DNA of 64,000 bases, taken from an uncultured Gemmatimonadaceae bacterium. GTDB taxonomy: Bacteria > Gemmatimonadota > Gemmatimonadetes > Gemmatimonadales > Gemmatimonadaceae. Numbering within the stretch: position 1 is the first letter of the stretch; every line of letters begins with the position of its first letter. The position numbers were made by a program, and so were the translations under genes. The notes under the pieces were generated by a model. That model did not search any database and was not told where the DNA came from. It saw nothing but the letters and a program-made list of their open reading frames with translations. The stretch covers positions 64,001 through 128,000 of the forward strand of contig CAWHHI010000016.1 in assembly GCA_963829055.1 (NCBI GenBank). Direction: 5' to 3'. Of this stretch, positions 21,110 through 30,386 are shown one piece after another.

Positions 21110-21898
21110 ATGTCATTCGAGTTCATCCTTTACGAAGCGGGCGAGGGCGTGGCGAAGATCACGCTCAATCGGCCCGACGTGCTGAACAGCTTCAACCGCC
21201 CGATGGCGATCGAGGTGCGTCAGGCATTCTCTGCCGCCGCTGCCGACAGCGACGTGCGCGCTGTGTTGCTCACGGGCGCCGGACGCGCGTTCTGCGCGGG
21301 CCAGGATCTCGCCGAGATGACCCCCAAGGAGGGGCCGGCGCCCGATCTCGGCGACATCGTCGCTCGTGGCTACAACCCGATCGTCCGTACGATTCGGCAG
21401 ATCGACAAACCGGTCGTGTGTGCGGTGAATGGCGTCGCTGCAGGTGCCGGCGCGAACCTCGCGTTCGCCTGTGACTTCGTGCTCGCGGCGTCCGAGGCGT
21501 CGTTCATCCAGTCGTTCACCAAGATCGGCCTCGTGCCCGACACGGGCGGCACGTTCTTCCTGCCGCGGACGATCGGAATGGCGCGCGCGACGGCGCTCAT
21601 GATGCTCGGCACCAAGGTGACGGCGGCGGAAGCGGTCGCGATGGGATTGATCCTTCGCGCGGTCGACGGCGGTACGTTGATGGACGAAGCAACGGCGCTG
21701 GCGAAGCAGCTCGCGACACAGCCCACGCGTGGGCTCGGCCTCATCAAGCGCGCGCTCAACGCATCGGCGACGAACGGTCTCGACGAGCAGCTCGCGCTCG
21801 AGGCGCAGCTGCAAGCGGAAGCCGGCTCGACGGCGGACTACCGCGAAGGTGTGAAGGCGTTCATCGAAAAGCGGCCGCCTGTGTTCGTCGGGCGTTAG
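21110..21898 (+). CDS. paaG: 2-(1,2-epoxy-1,2-dihydrophenyl)acetyl-CoA isomerase
   Basis: LNRPDVLNSF, FCAGQDL, GAGANLA, IGLVPDTGG; paa context. Confidence 0.9.
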   Translation: MSFEFILYEAGEGVAKITLNRPDVLNSFNRPMAIEVRQAFSAAAADSDVRAVLLTGAGRAFCAGQDLAEMTPKEGPAPDLGDIVARGYNPIVRTIRQIDKPVVCAVNGVAAGAGANLAFACDFVLAASEASFIQSFTKIGLVPDTGGTFFLPRTIGMARATALMMLGTKVTAAEAVAMGLILRAVDGGTLMDEATALAKQLATQPTRGLGLIKRALNASATNGLDEQLALEAQLQAEAGSTADYREGVKAFIEKRPPVFVGR

Positions 21899-21912
21899 GT
21901 GAACCGGTGACC

Positions 21913-23094
21913 ATGCTCGACAACAATGTCCTCGTCGGCGTGATCGGGGCGGGGGCGATGGGCAGTGGCATCGCGCAGGTCGCGGCTGTTGCGGGCCATC
22001 GTGTCGTAATCGCTGATGCCGATAGCAACGCCGTGGGCCGAGCGCGCGCAGGAATGGCGAAAGCGCTCGCTCGTGATGTCGAGAAGGGGCGACTGCCTGC
22101 GGGCGCGGACGCGAGTATCCTCGAACGCGTGACGTTCGTGGAGGGCGTGAGCGATCTGTCCGCGTTCGCCGACTGCGGCATCGTGATCGAAGCGATCGTC
22201 GAACGGCTGGACGCGAAGCGCGCGCTGTTCGCGTCGCTCGAGGCCGTCGTGAGAGACGATTGCGTGCTCGCGACGAACACGTCATCGCTCGCGATCGCCG
22301 CGATCGCTGGCGGATGCAAGCGACCGGAACGCGTGCTCGGCGTGCACTTCTTCAATCCGGCGCCGGTGATGCCGCTCGTCGAGATCGTGCCGTCGCTCGC
22401 GACGTCTCCCGACATTACGCGAGCCACGCGCGCGCTCGTCGATTCGTGGAAGAAGACAACTGTGCTCGCGAGCGACACGCCGGGCTTCATCGTGAACCGC
22501 GTCGCGCGGCCGTTCTACGGTGAGTCCATCCGGATGTTCGAGGAAGGCGTCGCCGACGTCGCGACGATCGATTGGGCGATGAAGACGATCGGCGGCTTCA
22601 GGATGGGCCCGTTCGAGCTGATGGATTTCATTGGGCACGACGTGAACTTCGTCGTGACGCGCAGTGTATTCGAAGGACTGTCGTTCGATCCGCGGTATCG
22701 TCCGTCAGTCACGCAGCAGCGGCTGGTGGACGCCGGTTGGCTGGGGCGGAAGAGTGGCCGGGGATTTTACGACTACCGCGACGGTGCCACGCCGCCGAGC
22801 CCGAGCGAGGATCGCGCGCTTGGCGAGCGGATCGTCGATCGGACGCTCGCGATGCTGGTCAACGAAGCGGTGGACGCGGTGCTGATGCGCGTCGCATCGC
22901 CAGCGGATATCGATCTCGCGATGACAAAAGGGGTGAACTACCCGAAGGGCCTCATCGCGTGGGGCGAGGAGATCGGCTTCGAAGTGATTCTCGACCGACT
23001 CGACGGTTTGCACTCCGAGTACGGCGAGGATCGCTATCGGCCGAGCGCGCTCCTGCGACGTTGGGTCCGCGATGGCAAGGGTTCGCTCGCATGA
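21913..23094 (+). CDS. paaH: 3-hydroxyadipyl-CoA dehydrogenase
   Basis: GAGAMGSGIA, EAIVE, TNTSSL, HFFNP, PGFIVNR, MGPFEL. Confidence 0.88.
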   Translation: MLDNNVLVGVIGAGAMGSGIAQVAAVAGHRVVIADADSNAVGRARAGMAKALARDVEKGRLPAGADASILERVTFVEGVSDLSAFADCGIVIEAIVERLDAKRALFASLEAVVRDDCVLATNTSSLAIAAIAGGCKRPERVLGVHFFNPAPVMPLVEIVPSLATSPDITRATRALVDSWKKTTVLASDTPGFIVNRVARPFYGESIRMFEEGVADVATIDWAMKTIGGFRMGPFELMDFIGHDVNFVVTRSVFEGLSFDPRYRPSVTQQRLVDAGWLGRKSGRGFYDYRDGATPPSPSEDRALGERIVDRTLAMLVNEAVDAVLMRVASPADIDLAMTKGVNYPKGLIAWGEEIGFEVILDRLDGLHSEYGEDRYRPSALLRRWVRDGKGSLA

Positions 23095-23588
23095 CGCTCG
23101 GATCGGCTCCGAACGCCGGCGATTCCGCCGACGCAGGGCAGCGGGTGGCCGAGCGTGTGGTGGCGGAGATGTTGGAGCACGATGAATTCAGTCGCTGGCT
23201 CGGTGTCGAGGTGACGCACATCTCACCTAACGCGGCGACTCTGCGCATGACGGTGCGTCCCGAGATGGTGAACGGGTTCGGCGTGTGTCACGGCGGGATC
23301 GCGTTCTCGTTGGCGGATAGCGCACTGGCGTTCGCGTCGAACGCACACGGGCGACTCACGGTGAGCGTCGAGAACAGCATCCGGTACCCGGCGCCGATCA
23401 TGCCGGGCGACGTGTTGACGGCTTCGGCTGTCGAGGAACGGGCAGGCGGGCGTCTCGCGTTCCTGACGGTGACGGTCAGGAAGCAGAACGACGACGTCGT
23501 CGGCCTGTTCACGGGAACGGTGTATCGCACGAGTCGCGAGCACTTCCCGACGACGAGACCGACGGCGGTACAGAGGGACAACGTTAGG
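23091..23588 (+). CDS. paaI: Hotdog-fold acyl-CoA thioesterase (stop out of frame by a probable 1-bp deletion at ~23547)
   Basis: MVNGFGVCHGGIAFSLADSALAFASN; one extra C gives HFPDDETDGGTEGQR*. Confidence 0.85.
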
Positions 23589-23600
23589 CGAAACGAAATC

Positions 23601-24820
23601 ATGACTGACGCATACATCGTAGACGGGCTTCGAACGGCGATTGGCAGCTTCGGCGGCTCACTGTCGGAGTCGCGACCGGATGACCTCGCGGCGCTGACGA
23701 TCCGCAGACTCCTCGAGCGTCACACGGCGCTCGATCCGGCACGGATCGCCGACGTCGTGCTCGGCTGCGCGAATCAGGCGGGCGAGGACAATCGCAACGT
23801 CGCGCGCATGGCGCTGCTGCTGGCGGGGCTGCCGGTGACCGTGCCGGGCGAGACCGTGAATCGGCTGTGCGCGTCGGGGATGACGGCGGTCGCGTCCGCG
23901 GCGCGTGCTGTTCGCAACGGCGACGGCGACTTCTACATCGCGGGTGGCGTCGAGAGCATGACGCGCGCGCCGTACGCGATGTCCAAGAGCGCGAAGCCGT
24001 TCGGGCGCGACGTGGAGATCTTCGATACGAGCATCGGGTGGCGGTTCGTGAATTCGAAGATGCGCGACATGTATGGCATCGACTCGATGGGACAGACGGC
24101 GGAGAACGTCGCCGAGCAGTTCCACGTGTCGCGCGGCGATCAGGATCTGTTCGCGTGTCGCTCGCAGCAGAAGGCGGCGACGGCGCGCGCGTCGGGGCGA
24201 TTCGGAGTCGAGATCACGCCAGTGGAGCTCGCGCCGGCGAAGAAGGGCGGTGCGCCGCGGCAGTTCGCGGAGGACGAGTTCGTGAGGCCCGATACGACGC
24301 TGGAGGTGCTGGCGAAGCTGCGCCCGGCGTTTCGGACGGACGGAAATGGCTCCGTGACGGCTGGGAACTCGTCGGGGATAAACGACGGTGCGTGTGCGCT
24401 CCTGATCGCGTCGGATGCCGGGGTGCAATCGCTCGGCGTAAAACCGCTCGCGCGCGTGGTGACGTCGGTGGCCGTCGGCGTCGAGCCTCGTATCATGGGT
24501 ATGGGCCCGGTGCCGGCAACGCGGGCCGCGCTCGCGCGTGCCGGCCTGACGCTCGACGACATGTCGCTGCTGGAGCTGAACGAGGCGTTCGCTGCGCAGA
24601 CGCTGGCCTGCCTGCGGGAGCTCGGCGTGGCCGATGATGATCCCAGGGTCAATCCGAATGGCGGCGCGATCGCGTTAGGCCACCCGCTCGGGATGTCCGG
24701 CGCGCGCCTGCTGCTCACGGCCGCGCACGACCTGCAGCGCACGGGCGGGCGTTATGCGCTGTGCACGATGTGCGTAGGCGTCGGTCAGGGGACGGCGACA
24801 ATCCTGGAACGCGCGTTTGA
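23601..24820 (+). CDS. paaJ: 3-oxoadipyl-CoA thiolase (likely ERV* end at 24820; ORF as assembled runs to 25001)
   Basis: NQAGEDNRNVARM, NRLCASG, NEAFA, NGGAIALGHPLG, CVGVGQG. Confidence 0.9.
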
Positions 24821-24825
24821 GATCA

Positions 24826-25231
24826 TCGCGCCGGGGTCGGTGGGAACTGCGATTGGGCGGATCTGTACTGCGAAACTACCGGATACGGCTTTGCATTCAG
24901 GCATCACGGCGCCGGGGTCGGTGGGAACTGCGATTTTGCGGATGACACGGAAAACGGCCGGATACCGCTTTGCATTGACACTGGCTCTCGCCGGACTCTG
25001 AACTAATAGGAACGGCCGCTCGGGACGCAGGAGTCTCCCGAGCGGCCGTCCCCAAAAATCCGGCCCGCTGCGCGAGGCGCCGTCCCGAGCGCGATCGATC
25101 CTGCTTCTTCCGCGTCATCCGCGCGATCGCAGTTCCATTGGCCGGGCGCGATGATGCGTGGATGCAAAGCAGGATCCGGCTGTTTTGCAGTTCATCCGCA
25201 AAATCGTAGTTCTCACCGGCCCCGGCGCGAC
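24826..25231. repeat. Cluster of four family D repeats (two forward, two reverse) around a hairpin
   Basis: gcgccggggtcggtgggaactgcgat at ~24828 and ~24909; reverse copies at ~25096-25150 and ~25161-25231; hairpin 25009-25052. Confidence 0.85.
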
Positions 25232-25254
25232 GATGCCTGGGATGCGAGCAACGG

Positions 25255-26783
25255 CTACCGCGCAGATCGCGGTTCCCAGAGAGAAATCTCCCCATCCCCG
25301 ACCGTAGCCGGCAGCGTCTCGACCTTCGTCCATCCAGTCTCGACGCGCTTCCACAATTCCGGCGACTCCACCTTGAACGCGCGCTCGAGGGTCGTCGCCA
25401 GCATCACGCGCCGATCCGCGAGCATCGTTGTGAGAGAGTCGAAGCCGGCCACCGTGCGCGTCGAATAGAATCGCCCCTTGCCCGCGAGGCCCAAGACGCC
25501 GCGTATAGAGATCGAAGCCGCGGTCCGCCTGGTACACCGCGACGAGCGCATCGCCCGGGCCTGACCGCGCGTTGAACGACGCGATCGTCGCCCGGAATGA
25601 TTGCTTCGGCACCGCGTAGTATCGCGGCAAGCCGAAGCCTAACGCGATCGCGCACACCAGGACAGCCGCCGCCGAGAGCGCCCCGTGAATCTGCGCGCGT
25701 CGTACGCCATCCGCGACGAGCTTCGACAGGAGCCGCGCTACGAGGTCGAGGCTCTCCACTGCGACGAGGAACGCCAGCGGCACGACCAGAATGAAGAAGC
25801 GCGGCGACGTGAGCCAACCCGCCACGACGACGAGCACGGCCATCATGCCTAACGGCAGCACGAACGATAGCACGATGAGCCAGCCGCGCCGCATGAGGCT
25901 CAGTGTCCCGATGGCCACGAGGACGAGGAATGGAACCGCCCCCACGAGCGCGAGCGACCCGAATCCCGCGGCGAGTCCGCGCAGCGTCTCCTTCAGGAAG
26001 TCCAGCGAAACGGGATTGAATCCCGTGCCCTGTCGCGTGTACGCCGTTCCCACGACGCGCAGCAGCTCGATCGCGGTGGGCCCGTAGATCACGAGCGACG
26101 CGACCGCCGTGGCGCCGAACGCCAGCGCCAGACGCCGAACGAGCGGCGCGACCGGCTCGGCACGTCGGCGCCGTACGATCACGAGCGCCGTCGCGAGCAA
26201 CACGTGCGTGATGATCACGAACGCGGTAATGATGAGCGACGTCAGCCCAAGCACCGCGAACACGGCGTACAGCGCGACCCACCTGCGCTGTGGCGTCGCG
26301 ATCAGTCGCCACAGGGCTCCGGTCGCGAGCACACAAAACAGCAGATAGGCCGAGTACCCGCGCGCGTTCTGCGAGAACCAGATGTGGTGATAGCTGACGG
26401 CCGTGAGGAACGCGACCGCCAGCGCCTGCCAACCCTTCATGATCGGCCGCGCGAGCCAGTACAGCGCTGGCACGGTGGCGATCCCGAACAGGACCGCCGG
26501 CAAGCGAATCGACCAGTCATGCTCGCCGAGCGCCGCCACGCTGACGCGCATGAGCAGCGAGTTCATGAGGTGCTGGTTCGGACTCGAGAACGTCCGCAGC
26601 AGCTCGCCGACCGTCACCGAGGTCGCGTACTGAAACGACCCGATCTCGTCGATCCACAGGTCGGAGTCGAGCCGGTAGATGCGCAGTGCCGCGGCGAGCA
26701 GCGTGATCAGGGCCAGAACGACGTACTCTCGAGTAACAGCCTCGCGCGCGCGACTGCGTCTCCGGCGAAAGCTCAGTCGCTAT
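25255..26783 (-). CDS. Membrane glycosyltransferase, GT39/ArnT(PMT)-like (frameshifts near 26750 and 25500)
   Basis: LRIYRLDSDLWIDE, IRLPAVLFG, HHIWFSQNARGYS; many TM segments; start uncertain. Confidence 0.8.
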
Positions 26784-26880
26784 GCGCCACCTCGGCGTGG
26801 CGCTCGAGGCGCGGTAATATCCTGCGCGATACCATGCGCACGCCAACGAGGCGCGGCGAAGAAACCGAGGAGCGACATCC

Positions 26881-27480
26881 GTGGCAATCTACGAGTTCGA
26901 TGGATACCGGCCAGTCGTACATGAGTCCGCGTTCGTGCACCCGCTCGCCGCCGTGACCGGAAACGTCGTCATCGGCCGTGATGTGTACGTCGGTCCCGGC
27001 GCGGCCATTCGCGCGGACTGGGGCGAGATCCTCATCGCGGATGGCTGCAACGTGCAGGAGTGCTGCGTGATTCACGTGTTCCCGGGCGCGACGGTCACGC
27101 TCGACGAGAGCGCGCACATTGGCCACGGCGCGGTCATCCACGGCGCGAACATCGGCCGGAACACGCTCGTGGGAATGAGCTCCGTCGTGATGGACCGGGC
27201 GCGCATCGGGGCCGAGTGCGTCATCGGTGCGATGTCGTTCGTACGCGCTGACATGGTGGTGGCCGACCGGAAGGTCGTGGTTGGAAATCCGGCCCGCGTG
27301 GTGAAGGACGTGACGGACGAAATGCTCGCGTGGAAGACCGAGGGGACGCGCCTGTACCAACGTCTGCCGTCGGACATGCGCGCGACGTGGCGTGAATGCG
27401 AGCCCTTGCGCGAGGCGCCAGCCGATCGCCCGCGACAGAGCGTGACGTACCGGACATGGCAGGAAACGCGGGGCAGCTGA
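26881..27480 (+). CDS. paaY: PaaY-like gamma-carbonic anhydrase/hexapeptide-repeat protein
   Basis: FVHPLAAVTGNV, AAIRADWG, IGHGAVIHG, WKTEGTRLYQ; adjacent to paaZ. Confidence 0.85.
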   Translation: MAIYEFDGYRPVVHESAFVHPLAAVTGNVVIGRDVYVGPGAAIRADWGEILIADGCNVQECCVIHVFPGATVTLDESAHIGHGAVIHGANIGRNTLVGMSSVVMDRARIGAECVIGAMSFVRADMVVADRKVVVGNPARVVKDVTDEMLAWKTEGTRLYQRLPSDMRATWRECEPLREAPADRPRQSVTYRTWQETRGS

Positions 27481-27532
27481 GCGCCGCTCGACAACTTGCC
27501 GGCCTCGATGACGACCGGCGATCCTTCATGGT

Positions 27533-29698
27533 ATGACACAGGACATCAAGCGACTCCAGAATTTCGCGCGCGGCGAATGGGTGCTCGGCACCGGCGCCGC
27601 GACGCCGCTCGTGCACGCCGTTACCGGTGAGACTGTGGCCGAGGCGACGTCGGAAGGGCTCGACTTCGCGGGAATGGCCGAGTATGCGCGCACCGTCGGC
27701 GGGCCGGCGCTCAGGAAGATGACGTTCCATCAGCGCGCGCTCATGCTCAAGGAGATGGCGAAGTACCTGAGCGAGCGTAAAGACGGCTTGTATCAGCTGT
27801 CAGCGGCGACTGGCGCGACGAAAGCGGATTCGTGGATCGACATCGACGGCGGCATTGGCACGTTCTTCGTCTACGCCAGCAAGGGCCGCCGCGAGTTTCC
27901 TAACGAGACGTTCTACGTCGACGGCGCGATGGAGTCGCTGTCGAAGGGCGGGACGTTCGTCGGCCGGCACATCTGCGTGCCGCTCGAGGGCGTCGCCGTC
28001 CACATCAACGCGTTCAACTTCCCCGTGTGGGGGATGCTCGAGAAGCTCGCGGCGACGCTGCTCGCCGGCGTGCCCGCGATCGTGAAGCCGGCGACGGTCA
28101 CGTCGTATCTCACCGAGGCGTGTTTCCGCTTGATGATCGAGTCGGGAATCTTCCCGAAGGGTGCGATCCAGCTCATCTGCGGCAGCGCCGGCGATCTTCT
28201 CGATCACCTCGGGCTTCAGGACGCAGTTGCGTTCACGGGCTCGGCCGCGACGGGACGGAAGCTCAAGGACACGCGGTCGATCGTCGAGAACACGGTGCGC
28301 TTCAATCAGGAAGCGGACTCGCTCAACTGCTCGATCCTCGGGCCAGACGCCGTTCCGGGCACCGACGAATTCGATCTGTTCGTGAAGGAAGTCGTGCGCG
28401 AGATGACGTCGAAGGCCGGCCAGAAGTGTACGGCCATCCGGCGGACGATCGTGCCTAACGGGATGATGGACGACGTCATCGCCGCACTGCGAAAGCGACT
28501 GAGCGCGGTGCAGGTCGGTGACCCGTCGGTCGATGGCGTCAAGATGGGGCCACTCGCGAGCCGCACGCAGGTGCGCGATGTCGGCAGCGCGACGGACACG
28601 ATCCGGCACGGCGCCGAGCTGGTGTTCGGCGGGCGCGACACGATGAACGTCGTCGGCGCGGACCCTGAGCGCGGCGCGTTCTTCCCGATCACGCTGCTGG
28701 CGACGGACAAGCCGTTCACGAATCGCGAGCCGCACGACGTCGAGGCGTTCGGCCCGGTGAATACGGTGATGCCGTACTCGTCGGTCGATGAGGCGGTCGA
28801 GTTGGCGAAGCTCGGCAAGGGAAGTCTCGTCGGCTCGTTGTTCACCGCCGACGCGTCAGTCGCGCGGAAAGTCGTGCTTGGCGTCGCGCCGTATCACGGC
28901 CGAGTGATGGTCGTGGACCGCACGAGCGCGAAGGAGTCGACGGGGCATGGATCACCGATGCCGCACTTGGTTCACGGCGGTCCGGGACGCGCGGGTGGCG
29001 GCGAGGAGATGGGCGGTGTGCGCGGCGTGCTGCACTACATGCAGCGGACGGCCGTGCAGGGTTCGCCGTCGATGCTGACGCAGGTGATGCACGAGTGGAT
29101 GCCGGGCGCCGCGCGTCCGACGGATCGCATTCACCCGTTCCGCAAGCACTTCGAGGAGCTCGAGATCGGCGACACGCTGGTGACGCATCGGCGCACGGTG
29201 ACCGAGGCGGACATCGTGAACTTCGCGGGGATCAGCGGCGACTACTTCTACGCGCACATGGATGACATCGCGGCGCGTGAGTCGTTCTTCGAGCGTCGCG
29301 TGGCGCACGGGTACTTCGTGCTCTCGGCGGCGGCGGGTCTGTTCGTCGACCCGGCGCCGGGTCCGGTGCTCGCGAACTACGGGCTCGAGTCGCTGCGGTT
29401 CACGAAGCCGGTGTACATCGGCGACACGATCCAGGCGAAGCTGACGTGTAAGCAGAAGACGGCGAAGGAGACGCCGCCGGGTGGTGTGCCGCAGGGTGTG
29501 GTCGCGTGGGACGTGGAGGTGACGAACCAGGCGAACGAGACGGTCGCGGTCTACACGATCCTGACGCTCGTTAGGCGACTGGCTCCGGCGCCGTCGTCCG
29601 AGAACGGGAAGGGCAATGGCGCCGTCGCGGCGCCGACCGACGCCACGCTCGCCGAGGAGTCGAAGGACCCAGGCCCGCGTGCGGCGAAGGTCGGCTGA
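27533..29698 (+). CDS. paaZ: Bifunctional aldehyde dehydrogenase/oxepin-CoA hydrolase
   Basis: [40 protein letters not shown]-terminal MaoC domain (AHGYFVLS). Confidence 0.97.
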   Translation: MTQDIKRLQNFARGEWVLGTGAATPLVHAVTGETVAEATSEGLDFAGMAEYARTVGGPALRKMTFHQRALMLKEMAKYLSERKDGLYQLSAATGATKADSWIDIDGGIGTFFVYASKGRREFPNETFYVDGAMESLSKGGTFVGRHICVPLEGVAVHINAFNFPVWGMLEKLAATLLAGVPAIVKPATVTSYLTEACFRLMIESGIFPKGAIQLICGSAGDLLDHLGLQDAVAFTGSAATGRKLKDTRSIVENTVRFNQEADSLNCSILGPDAVPGTDEFDLFVKEVVREMTSKAGQKCTAIRRTIVPNGMMDDVIAALRKRLSAVQVGDPSVDGVKMGPLASRTQVRDVGSATDTIRHGAELVFGGRDTMNVVGADPERGAFFPITLLATDKPFTNREPHDVEAFGPVNTVMPYSSVDEAVELAKLGKGSLVGSLFTADASVARKVVLGVAPYHGRVMVVDRTSAKESTGHGSPMPHLVHGGPGRAGGGEEMGGVRGVLHYMQRTAVQGSPSMLTQVMHEWMPGAARPTDRIHPFRKHFEELEIGDTLVTHRRTVTEADIVNFAGISGDYFYAHMDDIAARESFFERRVAHGYFVLSAAAGLFVDPAPGPVLANYGLESLRFTKPVYIGDTIQAKLTCKQKTAKETPPGGVPQGVVAWDVEVTNQANETVAVYTILTLVRRLAPAPSSENGKGNGAVAAPTDATLAEESKDPGPRAAKVG

Positions 29699-29713
29699 CG
29701 TACGCGGCGGGAC

Positions 29714-30386
29714 CTAACGCTCGCGGATAACTCCAAAGGTCTGGACCACGAGATCGGCACCGTTACGCCGGCCGACGATCCAGACCTTGCTCCCCGTTTG
29801 CGCGGTCAGATCGGCGGACACGCTCGTGAGCCTCACCGTGTCGCGCTCCGTGGCGAGCCACTGAGCGCCGGCTCGGTCGAGCAGCGTGCCGACGAGCGGT
29901 TTCGCGCCGTCGATCGAGATGATCTCGTAGCGGGTCACGGTGAACGCCCCCGGTGGCGAAGACGCCGGCGCGCCGGCCACCGACACCGTCGCACTGCTGA
30001 GCCGACGCAACTCGGGCTCGAGTGGCCCGATCAGAATCGCTGGCTTCGCACCGTCGATCGCGAGCGATGTCATCGGATCCGACGCGAGTCCACCGGCCGT
30101 CACCTTTCCCATCAGCACGGTCTCGGAGGGTGTTGCGGTGGGCGACTGAAGCCGGGGCTGGCGTTGCGGCAGCTGGACTCCTGGTCGGCTGATTGGAACC
30201 AGGGGCTTCCTTCGTCGATGCGACCGGCTCCGCTGCCGGCGGCGTCACGTTTGCCGGTCCCTTTACGTCGGCGGAGTCCAGCGCGACAACGGTGGTCGAG
30301 TCGCCGGCCCTGGCGGAAGACCGCGCGCATCCGTTGCCTAACGGCGCGAGCACGAGCGGTACCACCAGGGCCCACAGCAAAGTCAT
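29714..30386 (-). CDS. Hypothetical exported protein (frameshift ~30130)
   Basis: Signal-like N-terminus, Pro/Ala linker, then GKVTAGG...VQTFGVIRER*; overlaps the upstream stop. Confidence 0.6.

Noticed and set aside
23091..25001. PaaI-PaaJ fusion protein with C-terminal extension (ORF 22572-25001)
   Set aside because: One extra C at ~23547 restores a paaI stop at 23588, and a 2-bp correction restores the usual thiolase ERV* end; probably artefacts
25009..25058. Classical intrinsic terminator
   Set aside because: Strong stem, but the A-tract is on the wrong side for a U-tail on either strand; kept only as part of the repeat cluster
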